From a bacterium (GTDB taxonomy: Bacteria > Bacillota_I > Bacilli_A > RFN20 > CAG-826): DNA of 64,000 nucleotides. A program made the translations under genes and the position numbers. The notes under the pieces were generated by a model that had not been told where the DNA came from, did no database searches, and was given only the letters and a program-made list of their open reading frames with translations. This document shows, piece after piece, positions 30,708 to 38,790 of the stretch. Each line of letters starts with the position of its first letter. Positions within the stretch are counted from its first letter, which is position 1. The stretch is from contig CAVFGR010000015.1 of NCBI GenBank assembly GCA_963622135.1, positions 1,064-65,063 on the forward strand, read 5' to 3'.

Positions 30708-31484
30708 ATGAATACTTTAGGCAATATCGTAACCATCGATCAAAAGATCGCTGAATGGTTCAATAATAATTTCTCCACCACCCCGCTTCCGGAAGGTCAG
30801 TGGAGTTATGGCAATTTGATTCTCTGCCTAGTCGCCATCTTGCTTTGCACGTTGCTAACGGGCTTGATTGGCATGGAGCGTGAGAAACGTAGAAGAAGTG
30901 CTGGCCTCCGTACCCACCTATTGGTCGGTCTTGGCTCCTGCGTGGTCATGATTATTTCCATTTATGGTTTCCCTCTCACGGATACCCAACGTGATGCTGC
31001 TCGTTTGGCCGCTCAGGTCATCGCTGGCATCGGTTTCCTTGGCGCCGGCACCATCATGCATAATCGCGCCGGTGTTTCCGGCTTGACTACCGCTGCTTCC
31101 ATTTGGTCTACCATGGCCGTTGGCTTGGCCTGCGGTTCGATGAACTTCATCTTGGCTGTCCTTGCAACGATTATCATCCTCTTCGTTCTTATTTATTTCC
31201 GTAGGGCTGAAGAAAGAATCGCTTCTGTCTCGCCAATCTTTGTCATTGTCGCTCCAGCTGATCAGCCATCGCTGACGAGCCTCAATAAGATTGCTGAAGA
31301 AGAAGGTTGGGAACTTTCTAGGGTCGCGTCACGTTTAATCACCGATTCCACCAACCAAGGCGCACTTGAAATAAGTTTCGTCGTCACCGCCAAAGATAAG
31401 AGAAAGCTTGATAAGAATCAGGTCATGACTATTATTGATTCGAAGATGACACTTATCAGTATCCTTCCTGTCGAAAACATGTAA
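30708..31484 (+). CDS. mgtC: MgtC/SapB family Mg2+ transport-associated membrane protein
   Basis: MgtC motif GLIGMEREKRRRSAGLRTHLLVGLGS. GAGGAGGT RBS. Confidence 0.8.
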   Translation: MNTLGNIVTIDQKIAEWFNNNFSTTPLPEGQWSYGNLILCLVAILLCTLLTGLIGMEREKRRRSAGLRTHLLVGLGSCVVMIISIYGFPLTDTQRDAARLAAQVIAGIGFLGAGTIMHNRAGVSGLTTAASIWSTMAVGLACGSMNFILAVLATIIILFVLIYFRRAEERIASVSPIFVIVAPADQPSLTSLNKIAEEEGWELSRVASRLITDSTNQGALEISFVVTAKDKRKLDKNQVMTIIDSKMTLISILPVENM

Positions 31485-31505
31485 TATGCCTCTTAGGAGG
31501 CTTAT

Positions 31506-31582
31506 GTCGCCGTAGCTCAGCTGGATAGAGCAACTGCCTCCTAAGCAGTAGGTCAGCCGTTCGAATCGGCTCGGCGACGCCA
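31506..31582 (+). tRNA. tRNA-Arg (anticodon CCU)
   Basis: Cloverleaf; anticodon loop CUCCUAA; encoded CCA; terminator follows at 31595-31616. Confidence 0.8.
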
Positions 31583-31639
31583 CTACGCTTATTAAGGTCC
31601 GCTTGTCGGGCCTTTTTCTATCAAAGTAATATCATTAAC

Positions 31640-31668
31640 TTGACAACGAGCCTCCTAACGCATATATT
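31640..31668 (+). promoter_or_regulatory. sigma-A-like promoter for tRNA-Ala
   Basis: TTGACA, a 17-nt spacer, then TATATT, 25 nt upstream of the tRNA 5' end. Confidence 0.55.
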
Positions 31669-31693
31669 CTTCAATGCGCTAAGCGCAAAGTTT

Positions 31694-31769
31694 GGGGCGT
31701 TAGCTCAGCTGGGAGAGCGCCTCCATGGCATGGAGGAGGTCGAGAGTTCGATCCTCTTACGCTCCACCA
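31694..31769 (+). tRNA. tRNA-Ala (anticodon GGC)
   Basis: The G3:U70 alanine identity pair is present. Loop AUGGCAU. Encoded CCA. Terminator at 31783-31806. Confidence 0.8.
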
Positions 31770-31927
31770 AACTTGAAAATCAACCGTCCGTGTGGGCGGT
31801 TTTTTCTTTGTTTTCTCCCAAACAAAAAACGGACCGTTGGGAAAAATTCCCAAATAGGTAATTCTTTTTCGATAAATATCTTAAAAGTTGTCTATAATCA
31901 TTTGAGAAGAAAGACTCCATCTAAGCC

Positions 31928-34336
31928 ATGAAGAAAAACAAATGGAAACAAGAAGGTATAACCGCCGAAGAGTTACTTCGGAGCCTTCACGATAAAGACA
32001 AAGCCACCCTTCTTTATGGAAACGGGGATTCTTTAAGCAACGCTTTGCCGAAATACGATGTTCCGGCCTTCAGGATGCGCAACGGTTCGTGCGGCGTTGC
32101 TTTTGATTTCAACAAACAATCTTTATGTTTTCCTTGCCCGTCTGCTGTTGCGGCGACATGGAACAAAAATCTCGCCAACTTGATGGGCAAAGCCATAGCC
32201 AACGAAGCGATCAAAGCTAACGTGGATGTGATATTGGGCCCTTCTTTGAGCATTAAACGCAATCCATTGTGCGGAGATAGTTTCCAACATTATTCAGAAG
32301 ATCCCCTTCTTACTGGAAAAATGGGCGCTTCTTTCGTATCTGGCATCCAATCGATGGGGGTTGGGGCTTGCATCAAAGATTTTGTTTGCAGCAATCAGGC
32401 CACTTCCCGTTCGCATATGGACGCCGAAGTCGATGTCAGGGCTCTCAAGCAGATTTATCTCAAGCCTTTTGAAATTGCCATCAAGGAAAGCGATCCTTGG
32501 ATGTTAATGACCGCCTATAACAAATTAAATGGTGTCGATTGTTCCGAAAATGAATCGCTTCTAAATGATATCTTGAAAAAAGAAATGAAATTCAGAGGGG
32601 TCGTCGTTTCCGCTTGGAGCGCCTGCCCGAGCCCAATTCGTTCCCATGCTGCCGGCGTTGATTTGGAGATGCCATGCTGGGTTAAAAGGAACAAGGATAT
32701 CGTCAAAGCCGTTAAAAAGGGAGAAATCGACAGGGAACAATTCGAAGATTCCGCAAAACGTGTTTTAACCTTGGCTTTGAAAGCTAAGCAAAGACCAAAA
32801 ACTGTCTCGGTCAGCGACCAAGAACAATATCAGATTGCGCAGGAAGTTGCGGAAGAAAGCATCGTCTTAGCCAAAAACGAAGATAACACATTGCCGCTCT
32901 CTTCATATAAAGATACTTGCGTCGTGGGCGCTATGGCGGAGAGTTTCCAAATCGATGGCTTGGCTATCACAAACGTAAATCCACAAGAGTCTCACTCCTT
33001 ATTAAGAGAGATCGCCAAATACGCTCAAGAATCCGGTGATACTTTGGCCTATGCCCCTGGATATTCTTTGAGAGACGACACCCCACAAGGAGAAATTGAC
33101 AGACTGATCGTCGATGCCGAGGAACTGGTTTCCAAATATAAGAGAGTCATTTATGTGGTTGGCCCGGAACATGGGGCATCCACGACAAAATACGATCGTT
33201 CTAACATGCGATTGCCCCATGACCAATTGATGCTCTTTAAACATCTCTATGAGCATAACAAGAACATCATATTGATTGTTGTCACCGGAGCGCCAATCGA
33301 ATTACCGATGATCGACGATGTCAAAGCGGTCGTCATTAACTACTTTGGGGGCGAGATGTCGGCGAAAGCCTTGCATCGCGTCTTGATCGGCAGGGTCAAT
33401 CCATCTGGCCGTTTGCCAGAGACTTGGCCAATAAGCTATTCCTCCGTTCCATCTAGCTGTTTCTATCCCATTCACAGAGTTCCATCTCCATATAAGGAGT
33501 CCATTTATGTGGGCTATAGATACTACCAATCCGCTGGGATACCGGTTCTTTTTCCTTTCGGTCACGGCCTCAGTTATAGCCGTGTCGTTCTCAAAGATTT
33601 GTCTATAGATAAAGAAACAATTGGGGAAGGCGATAAATTCGAAGTCTCTTTGAAGGTCCATAACCTAAGTCGCCGCATCGTTAAGGAAACGATCCAATTT
33701 TATGTTTCCCCAAAGGGCGGGAATATTTATAAACCGACGAAAGAACTCAAAGATTTCGTCAAAGTCACCTTAAAAGAAGGGGAGACGAAAGAAGTCAAAG
33801 TCACCATTGCGTATAAGGACTTAGCCCTTTGGGCATTGGAAACCAAGAAGTGGTTGGTTGAAGAAGACGACTATGACATTCTGGTCGGCAAATCGGTGGA
33901 GAACCTCCAACTTGCCGGGACAATTCATATCAATTCCGGCTGGAAGCCGAAGCGTATGACAATGCTCTCATCCTATTACTATTTTACGAACAAATCGTTA
34001 TATATTCCTGGCGATTATGAGTTCGAACGCATCTTGAAGCACCGCATCAAAAACAGATCTTTGGCTGAGCCTGATCCTTATAGTTTTGAAAGCACCGTTA
34101 AGTCCCTCGGTGAGACCAACATCGGAAGAAGAATCATAAAAGGGATTCAGGAACAGATGGATCCAAGCCTCACCGACTCATATCGAAAGATTCTCTTTGC
34201 TAACCTTCTTGAGATGCCAATTCGCTTGCTCGTTAATTATGGCGCCCCTGAGCATAGGCTTATGTCCGCGTTGGATTTGGCAAACGGAATGCTTTTGCAT
34301 GCTTTCTTCCACTTGTTTGGAGGGAGAAGAAAATGA
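31928..34336 (+). CDS. glycoside hydrolase family 3 beta-glucosidase
   Basis: 802 aa with GH3 N- and C-terminal domains (KHF/GDS...SDW-like regions). No signal peptide. Confidence 0.8.
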   Translation: MKKNKWKQEGITAEELLRSLHDKDKATLLYGNGDSLSNALPKYDVPAFRMRNGSCGVAFDFNKQSLCFPCPSAVAATWNKNLANLMGKAIANEAIKANVDVILGPSLSIKRNPLCGDSFQHYSEDPLLTGKMGASFVSGIQSMGVGACIKDFVCSNQATSRSHMDAEVDVRALKQIYLKPFEIAIKESDPWMLMTAYNKLNGVDCSENESLLNDILKKEMKFRGVVVSAWSACPSPIRSHAAGVDLEMPCWVKRNKDIVKAVKKGEIDREQFEDSAKRVLTLALKAKQRPKTVSVSDQEQYQIAQEVAEESIVLAKNEDNTLPLSSYKDTCVVGAMAESFQIDGLAITNVNPQESHSLLREIAKYAQESGDTLAYAPGYSLRDDTPQGEIDRLIVDAEELVSKYKRVIYVVGPEHGASTTKYDRSNMRLPHDQLMLFKHLYEHNKNIILIVVTGAPIELPMIDDVKAVVINYFGGEMSAKALHRVLIGRVNPSGRLPETWPISYSSVPSSCFYPIHRVPSPYKESIYVGYRYYQSAGIPVLFPFGHGLSYSRVVLKDLSIDKETIGEGDKFEVSLKVHNLSRRIVKETIQFYVSPKGGNIYKPTKELKDFVKVTLKEGETKEVKVTIAYKDLALWALETKKWLVEEDDYDILVGKSVENLQLAGTIHINSGWKPKRMTMLSSYYYFTNKSLYIPGDYEFERILKHRIKNRSLAEPDPYSFESTVKSLGETNIGRRIIKGIQEQMDPSLTDSYRKILFANLLEMPIRLLVNYGAPEHRLMSALDLANGMLLHAFFHLFGGRRK

Positions 34337-35265
34337 TTCTTACCTTGTTAGCTAGAAAAGAAATGAAAAAGACTTTGGATCATAGATGGGATGGCAACCC
34401 TAACCTCCCATATTACAATCCAAAAGACCTCTCGTTGGAAGAGGAGCCTTTTTCTTTTATGGACAACGGTCATAGGATTGATGGCTCTAGATATTGCATA
34501 AAAGATATGAAGCCAAAGGCTTTGGTTTGCTTTTTCCACGGGATCGGTGCTGGAAGAAACGCTTATATGAAAGAAATCTCTTTGCTTTGCAAAGAAGGCT
34601 ATTTGGTTTATGCCTATGACAATCTTGGCTGCGCATATTCGGAAGGTATCGGAATTGGTTCCCTTGGCCGTCCTTATGAGACCCAAAGGAAGTTTTTTGA
34701 ATGGCTCGACAAAGATGAGAGATCCCAAGGTTTGAAAAGATACGCGATGGGGCATTCTTGGGGCGGATATGGGGCGATGATAGCCCTTAAGACCGAATAC
34801 AAAATTGAGAAAAGCGTTTCTCTGGCTGGTTTTCTAAGGCCAAGCACGATTATTTTCAAAAGGGCGAAGGGCCATCTCAAAAGAGCAGGCCTTTTGTCTA
34901 TTCGCATAGCCAATCGCCTTCTCGGCGGGAAAAACTCCGATATCGACGCCGTAGATATCGTTCGTCAAAGCGGGGGAAAACTCCTTTATATCGTTGGGGA
35001 TAAAGACCCTCTCGTTCCGATGTCGTTTAACGGTGAAGCATTGAAAGAGGAATTTGATGGATCTCCTCGCTTCTCTTATATGGTCATCCATGGGTCCGGT
35101 CATCAGGTTCATTACACCCAACAAGCGGAGAAATATATCCTTGAGTTGACCGAAAAGGGTTTAACTTCTATCAATTCTCCGGTTGGTTTGCATATGGATA
35201 TAGATAGGGCTACGGAGATGAATATGGACGTTTTTAAGGCCATATTCGACTTTTTAAAGGACTAA
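34333..35265 (+). CDS. alpha/beta-hydrolase fold protein
   Basis: GHSWGG nucleophile elbow. ATGA overlap with the GH3 stop. Confidence 0.7.
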   Translation: MILTLLARKEMKKTLDHRWDGNPNLPYYNPKDLSLEEEPFSFMDNGHRIDGSRYCIKDMKPKALVCFFHGIGAGRNAYMKEISLLCKEGYLVYAYDNLGCAYSEGIGIGSLGRPYETQRKFFEWLDKDERSQGLKRYAMGHSWGGYGAMIALKTEYKIEKSVSLAGFLRPSTIIFKRAKGHLKRAGLLSIRIANRLLGGKNSDIDAVDIVRQSGGKLLYIVGDKDPLVPMSFNGEALKEEFDGSPRFSYMVIHGSGHQVHYTQQAEKYILELTEKGLTSINSPVGLHMDIDRATEMNMDVFKAIFDFLKD

Positions 35266-35282
35266 GAGTAATATTTTTAAGC

Positions 35283-35366
35283 GCGCTGGTGGCGGAATGG
35301 TATACGCTCTAGCCTCAGAAACTAGTGGGGAGACCCGTGCGGGTTCAAGTCCCGCCCAGCGCACCA
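35283..35366 (+). tRNA. tRNA-Leu (anticodon CAG), class II long-arm
   Basis: 84 nt, long variable arm, loop CUCAGAA, encoded CCA. There is a C31-A39 mismatch in the anticodon stem. Confidence 0.75.
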
Positions 35367-35407
35367 ATAAACATTTAATTTATCACTTACAATAAAAGGA
35401 AAACTAT

Positions 35408-35950
35408 ATGGGCACTCTGATGAAGATAATTGCCATATTATCTCTCTTGGCTAGCGTTGCTCTAGGTATTTCGTATGCCTACACATCGGTTGAGGTGTTG
35501 CTTACTTTAGCCATAACCTTTGGGGTGATTGCCTATCATTTCATCATGCGTTTGCTCGTTGGTTTTATTTATAGTCTTACGATGAAAAATAAGGCCGATT
35601 ACCACAAACGGTGGTATCGAGTTAGCGAACGCGAGTTCGCTTTCTATCAAAAACTGAAGGTTAAAAAATGGAAAGGCAACATTCCGACTTACGACAAAGC
35701 TTCATTTGATATAAAGACGCATTCTTTGGAAGAGATCGTCGGTGCGATGTGCCAAGCTGAATTGGTCCACGAAACCATCATTCCATTGAGTTTCCTACCA
35801 GTTATCTGCGGAATATGGTTTAGTCCTTGGTGGGTGTTTTTAATCACTTCTCTTGCAGCGGCCATGTTTGATTCCGTGTTCATCATCGTGCAAAGATATA
35901 ACCGTCAAAGGATAATCAAATTGTTGGAACGTAAGAGCAATTTGAAATAA
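35408..35950 (+). CDS. hypothetical polytopic membrane protein
   Basis: 180 aa with four predicted TM segments. AAAGGAAAA RBS. Confidence 0.5.
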   Translation: MGTLMKIIAILSLLASVALGISYAYTSVEVLLTLAITFGVIAYHFIMRLLVGFIYSLTMKNKADYHKRWYRVSEREFAFYQKLKVKKWKGNIPTYDKASFDIKTHSLEEIVGAMCQAELVHETIIPLSFLPVICGIWFSPWWVFLITSLAAAMFDSVFIIVQRYNRQRIIKLLERKSNLK

Positions 35951-35977
35951 AGCAAAACGGAAATTGGAGGCAAACGC

Positions 35978-36676
35978 ATGGACCAATATTTAAAAGAAAC
36001 CAAAATGTTGGATTTTTCTTCTCCTTCGATTCAAAAACTAATTGATGAAAAAGGCTGGAACAACCTTAACGAATTTGATCGCCTGAAGGGCATCTACAAC
36101 TATGTTCGTGACGAAATCCTATTCGGATATAACGTCGATGATAATATCCCCGCTTCGAAGGTTCTGAAAGACGGATATGGTCAATGCAATACAAAAGGAA
36201 CGTTGTTTATGGCCTTACTTCGTGCTTGCGACATTCCTTGCCGAATCCATGGATTCACAATCGATAAGAAACTACAAAAAGGGGCAATGACGGGACTCGT
36301 CTACAAGAAAGCCCCCAAAGAAGTTTTCCATAGTTGGGTGGAAGTTTATTTCGAAGGCGAATGGTATGAACTTGAAGCCTTTATATTGGACTCCGGATAT
36401 CTAAAGAAATTGCAAACTAAATTCAGCGATTGCGATGGCTCATTCTGCGGTTATGGAGTAGCTACCGCGGACTTCAAACACCCAACGATAGATTTCAATC
36501 GAAACAACACCTACATTCAAAGCGAAGGCATCGTCAAAGATTTTGGTGTTTATGATTCTCCTGATGAACTACTTAAGGAGCATCACCAAACGATGTCTAA
36601 ATTCAAAGCCTTCTCTTACCGGCATCTTGGCCGACATTTAATGAATAGAAACGTGAAAAGGATAAGAAACGGATAA
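35978..36676 (+). CDS. transglutaminase-like cysteine protease superfamily protein
   Basis: Catalytic Cys context GYGQCNTKGTLFMALLRA with downstream His (HSWVEVY) and Asp. Confidence 0.6.
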   Translation: MDQYLKETKMLDFSSPSIQKLIDEKGWNNLNEFDRLKGIYNYVRDEILFGYNVDDNIPASKVLKDGYGQCNTKGTLFMALLRACDIPCRIHGFTIDKKLQKGAMTGLVYKKAPKEVFHSWVEVYFEGEWYELEAFILDSGYLKKLQTKFSDCDGSFCGYGVATADFKHPTIDFNRNNTYIQSEGIVKDFGVYDSPDELLKEHHQTMSKFKAFSYRHLGRHLMNRNVKRIRNG

Positions 36677-36934
36677 TTAAGCACGAAAGATAATTAATTG
36701 AAATTTGATAGGAAGCGCCACGCTTTGTACTCAAAAAATGTAAAAAGATGGTGAAGGAACTTGTTACAAGCTTATAAAAGCCACGACTTTGGGTAATGGA
36801 GAACGTTGCGACTATGCCATAAATGGATATAAAGGTCCTTATGTTAATAAACACGAGGAATATCATGGCGAATTAGGCCGACGGCGGAACCATTAACCAA
36901 ATTGACTTTGGTTTGTGCTTTAATATTAGAGCGT

Positions 36935-37012
36935 GTGCCTGTAGCTCAGTTGGATCAGAGCGCAAGCCCCCGAAGCTTGAGGCCGGCAGTTCGAATCTAC
37001 CCAGGCACGCCA
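36935..37012 (+). tRNA. tRNA-Arg-like (anticodon CCG), atypical
   Basis: Good acceptor, D and anticodon stems. The loop is CCCCGAA (C33 where U is expected). There is a C51-A63 mismatch in the T-stem. Confidence 0.55.
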
Positions 37013-37028
37013 TCCTTTATTCATTTTC

Positions 37029-37057
37029 TTGAATAAGGAAGACTTAATCCCTATAAT
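37029..37057 (+). promoter_or_regulatory. sigma-A-like promoter for tRNA-Leu(CAA)
   Basis: TTGAAT, a 17-nt spacer, then TATAAT, 19 nt upstream of the tRNA. Confidence 0.6.
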
Positions 37058-37075
37058 ACTTTTCGCACATTCAGT

Positions 37076-37162
37076 GCCCGAGTGGTGGAATGGTAGACGC
37101 GGCGGACTCAAAATCCGCTGGATGCATAATCCGTGCGGGTTCAAGTCCCGCCTTGGGCACCA
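37076..37162 (+). tRNA. tRNA-Leu (anticodon CAA), class II
   Basis: 87 nt, loop CUCAAAA, long variable arm, encoded CCA. A strong terminator (CTTCAGG-gaga-CCTGAAG then T7) lies at 37174-37199. Confidence 0.85.
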
Positions 37163-37275
37163 AAGCAAAAACGGCTTCAGGGAGACCTGAAGTTTTTTTG
37201 TTTATGATAGAAACGTTATTCAAAACACTTTCTCTCATAACTAAACGTGAAGAAACGGATATAATACAAAGGATT

Positions 37276-38136
37276 ATGGAATACGTTATCTCGATAGATT
37301 TAGGCGGAACCAACTTAAGAGTTGGCATCGTATCCGACGATTTAAAGATCGTCAAAGTTCTTAGGGAAAGAACCGTCAAAAACGACAAAGAACAACTCTT
37401 TGAGCAAACTTGTCGCATGATAGATTCTTTGCCATATAAGGAATACGGCGTCACCAAAGTGGGTATTTCGGCTTGTGGTTTAATTGACGGTGATCGTATT
37501 TCTTTTGCAGGGAATCTCGGAATCACGGATTTCGATTTGAAAGGTAAACTCGAGAAAAAATATGGATTCAAGGTAGCCATCAGAAACGACGCGAACTGCA
37601 CGGCTCTGGCGGAGGCCACTTTTGGCTCAACCAAAGATGTCAAAGACTCATATTTCATGACCATCTCGACCGGAATCGGTGGATGTCTTATTCATAATCA
37701 TGAAATGATCAATCTTCCTTTTGAAATAGGACATGAATTAATTGGATACAAAGGCGGGTACCAGGAATTCGAACAGCTCTGTTCCGGGACCGGAATCGTC
37801 AAATTATGCGCATCGAATTCGTTGGATATTGAAAACGCCGGCGATTTCTTTGCCAAGGTGGAAAACAAAGACGAGCTCCCTCTTAAGGTGCTCGATATCT
37901 GGACAGACTTAGTTGCGGTCTTTATCGCCAACACCCAAATGGAATTCAATGTTGATAAGTTCTGTTTGTCCGGCGGAGTCATGAAATCCAGCGGTTGCTT
38001 CATAAAAGACATTGAAGACAAAGCCAACAAAATATTGGCTCCATATCCATTTAAAAAGGTAAATATCGTTCTTGCCGAGATGGACCAGGATGCTGGTTTG
38101 TTCGGTGGTGTTGCCGTTGCTTTAAAAATCAAATAA
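37276..38136 (+). CDS. ROK-family sugar kinase (no HTH domain; start MEYVISIDLGGTN)
   Basis: ROK ATP-binding motif IDLGGTNLRVG and ROK signature. The longest ORF (37090) overlaps tRNA-Leu and was trimmed. Confidence 0.75.
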   Translation: MEYVISIDLGGTNLRVGIVSDDLKIVKVLRERTVKNDKEQLFEQTCRMIDSLPYKEYGVTKVGISACGLIDGDRISFAGNLGITDFDLKGKLEKKYGFKVAIRNDANCTALAEATFGSTKDVKDSYFMTISTGIGGCLIHNHEMINLPFEIGHELIGYKGGYQEFEQLCSGTGIVKLCASNSLDIENAGDFFAKVENKDELPLKVLDIWTDLVAVFIANTQMEFNVDKFCLSGGVMKSSGCFIKDIEDKANKILAPYPFKKVNIVLAEMDQDAGLFGGVAVALKIK

Positions 38137-38204
38137 ATAAAAGGCTTTGAGATAAAAATCATCAAATAAGTTGCAATCTTTATTAATAAGTATAGAGTAT
38201 GTGC

Positions 38205-38222
38205 AGTTAGCCATGACTAACT
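38205..38222. promoter_or_regulatory. palindromic operator candidate AGTTAG-N6-CTAACT (copy 1)
   Basis: AGTTAGCCATGACTAACT, 110 nt upstream of feoA. Confidence 0.5.
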
Positions 38223-38298
38223 AGTGATTGTTTTTAGTTCCTCGAGGCACTAAAAGAATCATAACGTAGCCAAAAGCTAACATATTTTTTCGAAAAGT

Positions 38299-38316
38299 AG
38301 TTAGCGGACACTAACT
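38299..38316. promoter_or_regulatory. palindromic operator candidate AGTTAG-N6-CTAACT (copy 2)
   Basis: AGTTAGCGGACACTAACT, immediately 5' of the feoA RBS AAAGGAGG. Confidence 0.5.
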
Positions 38317-38331
38317 AAAGGAGGACACGGC

Positions 38332-38544
38332 ATGCCATTGATGATTGCGCCAATGAACGTTGACCTAAAAGTCAAAAAAGTCATTGTCGATGACAAACTC
38401 AAAAAGCATCTCCAATCCTTGGGAATCACCATCGATGCGGAAATCAAAGTCATTGATAACGTGAATGGCAATCTCATCGTCATCGTCAAAGGGGTTAGAT
38501 TGGCGTTGGACAAGGGCATTGCGGGGAAAATCTTCGTTGCATAG
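38332..38544 (+). CDS. feoA: ferrous iron transport protein A
   Basis: 70 aa FeoA SH3-like fold. Confidence 0.8.
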   Translation: MPLMIAPMNVDLKVKKVIVDDKLKKHLQSLGITIDAEIKVIDNVNGNLIVIVKGVRLALDKGIAGKIFVA

Positions 38545-38556
38545 GAGGTAGGAGTT

Positions 38557-38790
38557 ATGCAGAAAAAACTAAACGAATTCGAAATAGGCGAGACTGGCCT
38601 AATTAAAAAAGTGGAAGGCGAAGGCCGTCTGCGTCGCAGGCTGTTTGATATGGGCGTCACCCCTGGCGCTACCGTCTCCATGAAGAAAAAAGCCCCTCTG
38701 GGTGACCCGATCGAGATCACTATCAGAGGTTACGAACTGTCTTTGAGAAAGGACGAAGCCAGTTTGGTCGTTATGGAGGTGGAAAAATGA
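38557..38790 (+). CDS. feoA: ferrous iron transport protein A (second copy)
   Basis: 77 aa FeoA. AGGAGGTAGGAG RBS. Confidence 0.8.
   Translation: MQKKLNEFEIGETGLIKKVEGEGRLRRRLFDMGVTPGATVSMKKKAPLGDPIEITIRGYELSLRKDEASLVVMEVEK

Noticed and set aside
30467-30736. Minus-strand 89-aa ORF overlapping the mgtC start
   Set aside because: It has no RBS and overlaps the strong mgtC RBS and start. The translation has no recognisable features.
31640-31931. ORFs 31640-31861 +, 31671-31853 - and 31725-31931 +
   Set aside because: They span tRNA-Ala, its promoter and its terminator. They show no coding signal.
37090-37275. 5' extension of the ROK gene ORF (37090-37275) and minus-strand ORFs 36926-37168 and 37071-37664
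   Set aside because: They overlap tRNA-Arg-like and tRNA-Leu(CAA) and the intervening promoter and terminator. The conserved ROK N-terminus begins at 37276 with an AAAGGA RBS.
38137-38331. Fur/PerR/Zur box upstream of feoA
   Set aside because: No 7-1-7 TGATAAT-N-ATTATCA-type sequence is present. The palindromes found instead have different half-sites and spacing.
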